A stretch of 32,000 nt of DNA from Mariprofundaceae bacterium (GTDB lineage: Bacteria > Pseudomonadota > Zetaproteobacteria > Mariprofundales > Mariprofundaceae): positions 72,312-104,311 of the forward strand of contig JBNLEB010000021.1 in assembly GCA_050304695.1 (NCBI GenBank), read 5' to 3'. Within the stretch, counting starts at the first letter, position 1. Each line of letters begins with the position of its first letter. Position numbers and translations under genes: made by a program. This document shows positions 1-7,808 of this stretch, piece after piece. Under the pieces are notes generated by a model, which was not told where the DNA came from, searched no databases, and saw only the letters and a list, made by a program, of their open reading frames with translations.

Positions 1-1263
1 AGAATCAATTAACACGTCAGTCGAAAGATAATCACCCGCGTTGAGATTTAATGTCGAGTTATTTGCATTCAGATCATCAATAAGCGCCACTTTCGCATGA
101 TCCAGCGACTGCTCAAGCCCTTCGATTGTAGGTACCCGGATTGCTGCACCCAATCCAGAAAGCGTCTGATTAATAGCCGCAACATCATCCCTTGCATATT
201 GGAAATAGTCAGTGCCGCTGGTTCTCGCAGTATCCCAAGCAGGATTCATAGCATGAACTGCATTCGACTCACCTTTATGGAGAGCAAAAATACGATAAAC
301 CGCTTTGGCTTCATCGGGGGTGATATTGTTAGGATCTGCATAAAGACCGAATGCCTGAGATTCGATGATACGGCGCTTGTATTGATCCCCACTCCAATAT
401 CGAATCTGGTACCAGATTTCAGCACGAGCTTCAGCCGGATCGGTATATTGATTTACTGCCCTTCGCAAACTTGGCCCTAATAACGGGTCGGCAGGATCTG
501 AATTGTAATGGAGCGAGGCGAGAACAGCTCGCTCGGCAGAAAACGCCGTTACCCCTGTAAGGTTTTGTGCCGCCGTATCATAAGTACCGATAATTCCATC
601 GAAGACGGATTTCATTTGCACATCCGTCATCGAAAAGTCAGTAACCCCACGAACTGTCTGATTGACCAAATCAACCAAAGCCTGATTTCGTGCATTGGTC
701 TCTGCCTGGGTGGTAGTCGGCATACCCTGAACTGTGCTTAGTGCTGGTGTACCCCAAAGGGCGGCTACGGCTGCCTGTTGGGTTGCATTAAGAGCTGTTG
801 TGCTATTCTGAAAAGTAATGCCACTAACCACCTGATCAGCCGCAACACCACCCAACATATCCTGCATTTGCTGCTGCGTTAGAGAAATAGTCGTGGCCCC
901 ACGCAAAATTTGAGTGAAGTGATCTGCCAGGCGTTGATTCTGTGCATCTTGCTGAACTTTAGTAGCATGCGGATCATTACGGATATCCGCCAGTGTCGGC
1001 GATCCCCAAATATCGTTAATCGCTCTTATTTGAGCATCATTTAACCCCATGGAGGTCAGAATCGAGGTTCTGCTGCTTCTTTCTGCTGGTGTAGAACCAT
1101 CGATATTAAAGCCGACCCCGATCGTAATAATCGGTGGCGTTGCCGTATCGAAATATGGAGTAGGAATCTTCCCCTCAAGTTGAGCGATCAAAGCATAGCG
1201 AAGCTTCTCATATTCGGCTTGAGCATTCGTTCCTGTTATCGTATCTGAAATAGTAATTGTCAT
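1..1263 (-). CDS. Partial CDS (first 421 codons; continues past the window start): large protein whose N-terminus is a T4-lysozyme-like (GH24-type) muramidase domain with a Q-rich repeat insertion
   Basis: Absent from the ORF track because it has no stop inside the window. I checked the frame by hand: ATG at 1263-1261, with no in-frame tta/cta/tca plus-strand triplet down to position 1. SD AAGGTGA lies 7 nt upstream. The translation begins MTITISDTITGTNAQAEYEKLRYALIAQLEGKIPTPYFDTATPPIITIGVGFNIDG. The stretch E-G-x5-Y-x-D-T...T-I-G-x-G parallels T4 lysozyme [20 protein letters not shown] (E11/D20/T26). Later ERAVLASLHYNS and IRYWSGDQYKRR resemble T4L C-lobe helices. There is an internal repeat: LNDAQIRAINDIWGSPTLADI / LNATQQAAVAALWGTPALSTV. 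Confidence 0.5.
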   Translation of the reverse strand, partial: MTITISDTITGTNAQAEYEKLRYALIAQLEGKIPTPYFDTATPPIITIGVGFNIDGSTPAERSSRTSILTSMGLNDAQIRAINDIWGSPTLADIRNDPHATKVQQDAQNQRLADHFTQILRGATTISLTQQQMQDMLGGVAADQVVSGITFQNSTTALNATQQAAVAALWGTPALSTVQGMPTTTQAETNARNQALVDLVNQTVRGVTDFSMTDVQMKSVFDGIIGTYDTAAQNLTGVTAFSAERAVLASLHYNSDPADPLLGPSLRRAVNQYTDPAEARAEIWYQIRYWSGDQYKRRIIESQAFGLYADPNNITPDEAKAVYRIFALHKGESNAVHAMNPAWDTARTSGTDYFQYARDDVAAINQTLSGLGAAIRVPTIEGLEQSLDHAKVALIDDLNANNSTLNLNAGDYLSTDVLIDS

Positions 1264-1275
1264 AGCCTAATCACC

Positions 1276-2436
1276 TTATTGATTTCTGGAACGTGGATAT
1301 AAAAAACCGCAGATATACCTACCATGCATCCATGAAGGTACGGTAGGGCGCAAAGACTTAATCCTTTCAAGTCGGCTAATGGACATGGCTACAGTGTCGG
1401 CGCCAGACATATATCCTGTGCCGTTGTGAAGAAACAGGAAAAATGCGAGTAAGCTACTTGCCCCCGCCCCTCTATCTCCGGAAAGGATGAAATCCACCTT
1501 TCGCTTCTCTGGCTCATATAGAACAATATAATCCCCTGGCTGTCCTTCCGTGCCTTCTATTCCCAAGCGTTCTATGTAGTGCTTACCACACTCAAGAGTC
1601 TGGCGGGTAGCTTCCGGATTGGAATAATTCGAAGGGCACTCGGCATACCATCCTTTTTTCCACTCTCCAGCATCCCGGTTACGTGAATAACCCAATACGG
1701 TCTCCAGCGGCCCATCAGCTTCGAATCGCACACGAGCTATTCGCAATCGTGGTCTCCAAACCATACGCGTTTGACCCAAACGGGAACCCTTCCCGGAAGC
1801 CCCGGCTTTCATATTAGCCAGATACGTCTTCTTCCAATCATCGAAGGACTGGGCCTCTGACGGATAGATATGCATCAATTTGTTCTCGATGGTATAAACC
1901 ACATCCAGATAATCCTTGATATCCAGTTCCTTCCATTCCGGCCAACTGAATTGCGTCATCTTTGGATCGAATACGACTTCGGTACTAAACGATGCCAGAG
2001 AGGGCTGCACCCTGTTCATATTCTCGGCCATATCGTGGCAAACGGCTCTGTCGTTGCCACCTTCCAGCTTAAACACCAATGTCTTGTTTTGCTTGGAAGA
2101 CTTGGAAACCTCCGAAGCAGTTTTCTCATCAGGAACCGTTTTAGCCAGGCTTGCAATTCGATCCTGACACTTTGTTTTGACGCATTCCGAATTCACGCAT
2201 TTGTTGCGCTCTTTCATCCACCCACGTTGCTGTTGTTTGAGAGTAGAAGGATCAGAACTTTCTTTGAGCGCTTTGCTGTAGGCGGCACTCAAATTATCAT
2301 CCAGCTTGGAGAGTTCGGCATCAGCGCAGATCATCTTCTCAACCTTTGTGCCTGCCTTGGCGCAATCGTAGCTCGCCGCGCAAGAGGTGTTGGCGGTCAG
2401 AAGCATCACTGCAAATATCAGATGGATGTATTTCAT
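1276..2436 (-). CDS. Secreted protein with N-terminal DUF1311 / LprI-like (lysozyme-inhibitor family) domain and about 300 aa of unknown C-terminal region
   Basis: ORF 1276..2487. I prefer the ATG at 2436 (MKYIHLIFAVMLLTANTSCAAS, a signal peptide), which has SD GGGGAGGG about 6 nt upstream. YDCAKAGTKVEKMICADAELSKLDDNLSAAYSKALK...LKQQQRGWMKERNKC fits the remembered DUF1311 pattern C..T..E..C....L..D..LN..Y......Q..W...R..C. Confidence 0.6.
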   Translation of the reverse strand: MKYIHLIFAVMLLTANTSCAASYDCAKAGTKVEKMICADAELSKLDDNLSAAYSKALKESSDPSTLKQQQRGWMKERNKCVNSECVKTKCQDRIASLAKTVPDEKTASEVSKSSKQNKTLVFKLEGGNDRAVCHDMAENMNRVQPSLASFSTEVVFDPKMTQFSWPEWKELDIKDYLDVVYTIENKLMHIYPSEAQSFDDWKKTYLANMKAGASGKGSRLGQTRMVWRPRLRIARVRFEADGPLETVLGYSRNRDAGEWKKGWYAECPSNYSNPEATRQTLECGKHYIERLGIEGTEGQPGDYIVLYEPEKRKVDFILSGDRGAGASSLLAFFLFLHNGTGYMSGADTVAMSISRLERIKSLRPTVPSWMHGRYICGFLYPRSRNQ

Positions 2437-2517
2437 GAAATCCCTCCCCAAATCAATCGGCAGCACTCTGCCAACGAATATCATCAATCATATCGCATGA
2501 AAATGCGATATCCAGCC

Positions 2518-4080
2518 TTAAGCCGCGCGGCTCAGGTGCACTTCATCATTAGCTGCATCATTGAATGCCGTTTCTGTACCGATGAAGTCGAGCGCCAGTG
2601 TCGGATGAAAATATTTCGCACCAAACGTTCCACCGGCAATAGAGAACTGGTAAGTCCAGCCGTTACCCAGCGATGAATTCCCCGAGACATTGAAGTTATA
2701 AGGAACACCGCCACCAGACCATATGTAGAGGTTCCCATTGGCAGCAAGGGAGAACTGCGTTGAACCGACATTGTTCCAGTGCTGAATCAGATCGGCCCAG
2801 AACGCATCCCGGGTCACCGGTGTGTTTGTCGTACCGATGGTCATCGCCTCATAGGCATTACCGGCAACAATATCGTTACCATCGCCTGCATGGATGCTGC
2901 TGCCACCGTAAACATTGGTGATCAGGTCATCGCCTGCGCCGCCGTTGATCTGGTCGGCGCCACCGTTGCCGATGATCCAGTCGCCATCGGCACCGCCGTC
3001 AATCACATCGCCTGTGCCCGAGCCGAATATCTCATCGCGGCCCGCATTGCCGTTGATCGTAGCCGCAGCTCCCGTACCGCTCTGGTAAGCATCCAGATAG
3101 TCCGCACCTGTCGTACCATCCAATACGGATGTCGAGGCGGGTGGTGTAAAGTCTGCCACGTTCATGGTAAAGCTGTTGGCTGAAGTCGCTACCGTCGACT
3201 GCACACCATTCGCATCCGTGGCAAGCACCTCGGCCGTGAAAGTTACGCTCTCGTTCTGCGTGATCTGTCCGTTCTGACGAACCACGAACGACATCTGCTT
3301 CTGCCCCTCAGCGGCAGGGATCAGGAACGATCCATCCGCCTCCTGGGCATAGGCCACATCCCCCACCATCAGATCGATCAGACCGTTCAGGCCACTGCCG
3401 ATAATCCTGATAACATCGCCGACACCGAAGGCGCTGTTCGCCGCCATAGTGACACGGCCCTGACCGCCCTCCTGCATCGTCGCAGTGCTATCGGTAAATG
3501 AAAACTGATCGTGTTCATTCAGGGTCAGGCCAAGCTGTCCGGCCTTATAGTTTTTAACCAGCACCTTACCATCGATCACCAGATCGCCGCCGGACTTGAT
3601 ATCCCCGGACTTGAACACATAGGTATGCTCGACACCAAGCGCATCCGTGCCCTTGAACACCTTGCCATCCGCATCTGCCCGGTTACCGCCGGTCAGCGGT
3701 GTCGAGTTGATTTCGATGGCGCCGATACCATCGGTATCGACGATGGTGTCGAAGCCGTCGCCTGTAGAGTATTTGTAGGTGTCGTTACCGATACCGCCCT
3801 CAAGATGATCATTGCCTTTACCACCTACAAGCAGATCGTCACCGCCATCGATGATATCGCCCTGACCCGAACCGAAGATCATATCCCGTCCGGCATCGCC
3901 ATTGATGGTTGCCGCCGTGCCAGTTCCACTGGGATTGCCCAGATAGTTATTATCTGCTGTGCCGGTCAGCGTTGTTGTCGTTGCGTTCGGAGTGGGCGTA
4001 ACTGCCGCACCCAGCGTAAGCCCCATGTGGTTGCCGGTTGCAGGATTATACCCCTTCACCAGCATCTTGCCATCGATCAT
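2518..4080 (-). CDS. RTX-type (hemolysin-type) calcium-binding repeat protein, apparently 5'-truncated
   Basis: GGxGxD nonapeptide repeats are present: GGKGNDHLEGGIGNDTY, GNGGADQINGGAGDDLI, HAGDGNDIVAGN. There is an internal duplication: INGDAGRDMIFGSGQGDIIDGG / INGNAGRDEIFGSGTGDVIDGG. The N-terminus MIDGKMLVKGY...GLTLG repeats the internal motif DLVIDGKVLVKNY..LGLTLN, and this similarity continues upstream of the ATG (SPLDL) until an in-frame TGA. No SD precedes the ATG. Confidence 0.65.
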   Translation of the reverse strand: MIDGKMLVKGYNPATGNHMGLTLGAAVTPTPNATTTTLTGTADNNYLGNPSGTGTAATINGDAGRDMIFGSGQGDIIDGGDDLLVGGKGNDHLEGGIGNDTYKYSTGDGFDTIVDTDGIGAIEINSTPLTGGNRADADGKVFKGTDALGVEHTYVFKSGDIKSGGDLVIDGKVLVKNYKAGQLGLTLNEHDQFSFTDSTATMQEGGQGRVTMAANSAFGVGDVIRIIGSGLNGLIDLMVGDVAYAQEADGSFLIPAAEGQKQMSFVVRQNGQITQNESVTFTAEVLATDANGVQSTVATSANSFTMNVADFTPPASTSVLDGTTGADYLDAYQSGTGAAATINGNAGRDEIFGSGTGDVIDGGADGDWIIGNGGADQINGGAGDDLITNVYGGSSIHAGDGNDIVAGNAYEAMTIGTTNTPVTRDAFWADLIQHWNNVGSTQFSLAANGNLYIWSGGGVPYNFNVSGNSSLGNGWTYQFSIAGGTFGAKYFHPTLALDFIGTETAFNDAANDEVHLSRAA

Positions 4081-4162
4081 GAGGTCGAGAGGTGATCCAG
4101 CATCGGCGGATCACGGTGGATAATCATCGTTCACAATATCATGGCCACTGAACTTTGCAACG

Positions 4163-4199
4163 CCGGTTGTACATGTTTTTGCAATTTATGTACAACCGG
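4163..4199. repeat. Perfect 11-bp inverted repeat (ccggttgtaca N15 tgtacaaccgg) in the region between the RTX fragment and the NTase gene; possible operator
   Basis: Read directly: arms at 4163-4173 and 4189-4199, spacer tgtttttgcaattta. It ends 15 nt before the ATG at 4214. Confidence 0.4.
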
Positions 4200-4213
4200 T
4201 CTAATATCCATCC

Positions 4214-5161
4214 ATGGAACATTGGGACAGAGCCATACAATCCGTTTACGCCAATCTGTTGGACAGTGTCAAAAGCGATGCTGGCCTGCCTGCTTCCGGT
4301 TCCGTTGTGACCAGCATGTCGAAAGGACATGCCTACAATCAGCACAGAATATCCTATGAAGGGACACCCATCTCTTTAACACTGGAACAGGAGAGAGCCA
4401 GCACAGACGGATGGCCGAACCGGAGAAAGCTGGTTGCCACACTTCTCGCTTCAGGCGCCAACGTACCTGACAATCCAACTGCCAAAACCATCGAACTGCT
4501 CGATGCCATTGGCTGTTTCTCTTTTCAACGGGCCATACTCATCGGATCGCATGCATTTAACGCCATCGGCAATAATCTCGGTGTAACCTGGGATGCCGGG
4601 TTTGAAACCAAAGACATCGATCTTGGACGCATGGTGAAGGTATCGACATCGCCCAGCCATAAAACGACCGAGATACTGTTGAAGGCAGGATTCAGGCAAA
4701 TTCCGCAACTGAATCGAAAGCACCCGCCTACCAATTTCATTCACAAAAAAAGCGGCATGAAAATCGATTTCCTTACACCGATGATCGGCAAACCGAATCA
4801 TACACCTGCACACCTGCATGGAACTGACATCCATGCCGAACCTATTCGATTTTTGGACTATCTGATCAAAGACCCGCAGGAGGCAGCTATTCTCACTCGA
4901 AACGGCGTACTTGTTTCCGTACCCCAATCTGCCCGGTATGCACTACACAAATGTATTATCTATCAGTATCGACGCGATGACATAAAGCGCCAAAAGGATC
5001 TGCTGCAGGCGCAATCGATCCTGAACGTACTGGAAGAGCGCATGCCTCATCTGATTATGGAAGCGTGGGACGATCTGGAGTGGCAGGAGAAGGCGATGAC
5101 AGGCATCTCCGAACTGCAGGACAGTGAGCTGAAAGAGAGGCTGATCGACCTGCTTACATAA
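4214..5161 (+). CDS. Nucleotidyltransferase-fold protein (AbiEii/DUF1814- or GSU2403-like), with no partner gene seen
   Basis: 315-aa ORF. LIGSHAFNAIGNNLGVTWDAGFETKDIDLG resembles the Pol-beta-superfamily NTase signature (G[GS]...D-h-D) with the long spacing seen in AbiEii-type proteins. The assignment is from memory of the family pattern only. Confidence 0.4.
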   Translation: MEHWDRAIQSVYANLLDSVKSDAGLPASGSVVTSMSKGHAYNQHRISYEGTPISLTLEQERASTDGWPNRRKLVATLLASGANVPDNPTAKTIELLDAIGCFSFQRAILIGSHAFNAIGNNLGVTWDAGFETKDIDLGRMVKVSTSPSHKTTEILLKAGFRQIPQLNRKHPPTNFIHKKSGMKIDFLTPMIGKPNHTPAHLHGTDIHAEPIRFLDYLIKDPQEAAILTRNGVLVSVPQSARYALHKCIIYQYRRDDIKRQKDLLQAQSILNVLEERMPHLIMEAWDDLEWQEKAMTGISELQDSELKERLIDLLT

Positions 5162-5229
5162 ACCGTACCGTCGACATCTGCACCCGGCCTGTATCGAGGG
5201 GGCTTTAAACAAAGATAATATGACTTTTA

Positions 5230-5811
5230 TTACGGATACTTTTGTTTCTTTTTCAAAACAAATGTGCCTCCGCTGAAGGTTATTCTTTTCCAGTCATTCG
5301 AAAAACCGCCCCAGGCCTTCATCAAATTACTATGCGCATTCACACACTCGAAATTCTTCCCCGGCTTCAAATCGCAAACCCACATTCCACCATAGTCGAT
5401 GACATATTTTCCGTTTAAATCATTGATTGTTACATGCACATCGAATTTGTCCGTATCGGGCATTCCATAGGTAAATCTCCAGCCGACAGTTGGCTGATCG
5501 GGCCCATCGAGATCCGAAGAGTTGTTACCACCTCCCGTGCCGCCTCCACTATTTGCCTGTTCGATAAATTGTATGATCAGTTCATTTTCGTTAATCGGAC
5601 GATCCGATATCACAAGAAACGTGTACTGTCCTTTCCGGGGAACAGTCACTATGGAGTTCCATACGTTCGAGTTGTTATCCTCGTCAGGGCCCGGATTCAT
5701 ACCAAGCACCGGGTTGAGTGCAGTTACAGTGATATTTGTGCCTATAGGCGCCATCACAATGCAACGATGGCTGCCCGCATTCAGTGTTCTGTTAATTCTT
5801 ATCCTTCCCAT
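5230..5811 (-). CDS. Hypothetical protein (193 aa), two halves joined by the Gly/Asn-rich linker NSGGGTGGGNNS
   Basis: ORF with a strong SD (AGGAGG 7 nt upstream of the ATG at 5811). AT-rich codon usage (about 42% GC in a sampled line). No motif I recognise and no signal peptide. Confidence 0.5.
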   Translation of the reverse strand: MGRIRINRTLNAGSHRCIVMAPIGTNITVTALNPVLGMNPGPDEDNNSNVWNSIVTVPRKGQYTFLVISDRPINENELIIQFIEQANSGGGTGGGNNSSDLDGPDQPTVGWRFTYGMPDTDKFDVHVTINDLNGKYVIDYGGMWVCDLKPGKNFECVNAHSNLMKAWGGFSNDWKRITFSGGTFVLKKKQKYP

Positions 5812-5878
5812 TTCGTAACCTCCTGAACAGATAACCGGGCAATAGATATAGCTGCTCGCCCATCTGTTGTTCTCCTAT

Positions 5879-5916
5879 ATAAAGCACTTTTTGAGTGATA
5901 AAGCACCTTTTTGGAG
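5879..5916. repeat. Tandem direct repeat, period 19 bp (ATAAAGCAC-TTTTTGAG / ATAAAGCACCTTTTTGGAG), 66-103 bp downstream of the glmS stop
   Basis: Read directly at 5879-5895 and 5898-5916. Confidence 0.6.
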
Positions 5917-5981
5917 TTCAGGGAAGCGAACCCGCCCGGAATTCAGGAGTTTCGAATGAAAAGAATCGCGCGCTTTTCCGG

Positions 5982-7808
5982 CTATTCCACAGTCACGGAC
6001 TTGGCGAGATTACGCGGCTGATCGACATCGGTGCCCTTGAGCAGGGCGACATAGTAGGCGAGCAACTGCAACGGCACGCTATAGACAATCGGAGCCGTGC
6101 CGGGGAAGATGTCCGAGAGGGTCAGGTTCCGGTACTTGTCCAGGTCGATCTTCACCTTCTGATCGCTGAAGAGGAAAAGCTCGCCGCCACGGGCGCGCAC
6201 CTCCTGAAGGTTAGAAAGAACTTTTTCGAGCAGCGGATCGTCCGGCAGTGCGCAGATCACCGGAATGGTCTCATCGACCAGCGCCAATGGGCCGTGCTTG
6301 AGCTCTCCGGCCGGATAGGCCTCGGCATGGATATAGCTGATCTCCTTGAGCTTGAGCGCACCCTCCATCGCCACCGGATAGAAAGCGCCACGCCCAAGGA
6401 AGAGCGCGTTCTGCTTGTCGGCAAAACCCCCGGCCATCTCTTGAATAGCATCGGCAAGCTGAAGCACCACCTCGACCTGCCTCGGCAGAGCGTGCAGCTC
6501 ATTAACCATGGCCGCTTCCTGCTCAGGCGTCAGCCCCTGGCGGCGAGCCAGGGCTATCGTTAACAGGCGCAACGCCACCAGCTGTGTGGTGAAGGCCTTG
6601 GTGGAGGCGACACCGATCTCGGTACCGGCACGGGTCATGAAGCAGACATCGGACTCACGCACCAGCGAACTCTCCGGCACGTTACAAACCGTCAGGCTAC
6701 CGATATAACCCTGTTCGCGACTCCCCTTGAGTGCTGCCAGTGTATCGGCCGTCTCGCCCGACTGTGAGATAGTGATCAGAAGCGATCCTTCCGGCACCAC
6801 GACTTTTCGGTAACGGTATTCACTTGCCACCTCGACGTTGCAGGGGATACCGATCTCCTCCAGCCAGTAGCGGGCGACGAGCCCGGCATGATAGCTGGTA
6901 CCGCAGGCAACAATCTGTACATGTTTTGTCTTATCCAGCAGCGCCCTGGTCTCATGGCCGAAACTATCTTCCAGCAGGCGACCCCGATGGATACGCCCCT
7001 CCAGTGTCTCCGAAATCACGCCCGGCTGCTCGAAGATCTCCTTGAGCATATAGTGGGCATACGGCCCCTTATCGACACTGTCACTGGAGAGATCCGACGC
7101 TTTGACCCGGCGAGCCACCTCTTTGCCATCCGCATCGAACACCGTGACACCATCACGACGCACCTCGGCCATGTCACCCTCTTCCAGAAAAACAAAGCTG
7201 CGCGTTACCGGCAATAGCGCCATCACATCCGAGGCGATGAAGTTCTCCCCCTCACCCAGCCCGATCACCAGCGGACTGCCCTCTCGCGTCACCACGATCC
7301 GATCGCCGTCTTCAGGACTTGCCGCCGCCAGCGCATAAGCGCCTTCAAGCTCTTTGCTGGTCTCTTTCAGTGCCGTAAAAAGATCGACACCGGACTCCAG
7401 TTTACTGGCCATCAGATGAGCGATCACCTCCGTATCGGTTTCGGAGGTGAATTCGTAGCCAAGCTTTAACAGGCTCTCTCGAAGTTCGGCATGATTCTCG
7501 ATGATGCCATTGTGAACCACTGCCACACGCACGCCGCTCATGTGCGGGTGGGCATTGCGCTCGGCGGGCACACCATGGGTTGCCCAGCGGGTATGAGCGA
7601 TACCAAGGGTGCCGGTGACATCGGAACCCTCCACGATCTCTTTCAACGCTGCCACCTTGCCCAGCGAGCGGAACCGTTTCAGCGTGCCTTCCCCGTCGCG
7701 CACGGCCACCCCGGCCGAGTCGTAACCGCGATACTCCAAACGCTCCAGCCCCTCCATCAGGATGGGCAGGACATCTCTATCCGCAATCGCTCCGACAATG
7801 CCGCACAT
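5982..7808 (-). CDS. glmS: Glutamine--fructose-6-phosphate aminotransferase (isomerizing)
   Basis: 608 aa. The N-terminal MCGIVGA supplies the Ntn amidotransferase Cys. Two SIS domains are present, and the C-terminus is ...DVDQPRNLAKSVTVE, typical of GlmS. Confidence 0.97.
   Translation of the reverse strand: MCGIVGAIADRDVLPILMEGLERLEYRGYDSAGVAVRDGEGTLKRFRSLGKVAALKEIVEGSDVTGTLGIAHTRWATHGVPAERNAHPHMSGVRVAVVHNGIIENHAELRESLLKLGYEFTSETDTEVIAHLMASKLESGVDLFTALKETSKELEGAYALAAASPEDGDRIVVTREGSPLVIGLGEGENFIASDVMALLPVTRSFVFLEEGDMAEVRRDGVTVFDADGKEVARRVKASDLSSDSVDKGPYAHYMLKEIFEQPGVISETLEGRIHRGRLLEDSFGHETRALLDKTKHVQIVACGTSYHAGLVARYWLEEIGIPCNVEVASEYRYRKVVVPEGSLLITISQSGETADTLAALKGSREQGYIGSLTVCNVPESSLVRESDVCFMTRAGTEIGVASTKAFTTQLVALRLLTIALARRQGLTPEQEAAMVNELHALPRQVEVVLQLADAIQEMAGGFADKQNALFLGRGAFYPVAMEGALKLKEISYIHAEAYPAGELKHGPLALVDETIPVICALPDDPLLEKVLSNLQEVRARGGELFLFSDQKVKIDLDKYRNLTLSDIFPGTAPIVYSVPLQLLAYYVALLKGTDVDQPRNLAKSVTVE

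Noticed and set aside
1870-2676. 268-aa plus-strand ORF. Similar long antisense ORFs occur at 5895..6563, 7844..8473, 12694..13584, 18527..19111, 20861..21589 and 21382..21990.
   Set aside because: Each is antisense to a gene with clear family signatures. None has an SD or recognisable motif.
4201-4218. atATCCATCCATGGaa as a further member of the ATCCAT-loop hairpin family
   Set aside because: Only a 3-bp stem (tcc/gga) can form, and the motif overlaps the NTase start codon. This is too weak to count as a copy.
5920-5960. tRNA 3'-end-like fragment (minus-strand reading CCGGGCGGGTTCGCTTCCCTGAACTCCA) that could mark an integration site
   Set aside because: The putative T-arm forms only 3 base pairs, the loop is TTCGCTT rather than the TTCGAAT/TTCRANY context, and no acceptor stem can be drawn. 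It is not a convincing tRNA remnant.
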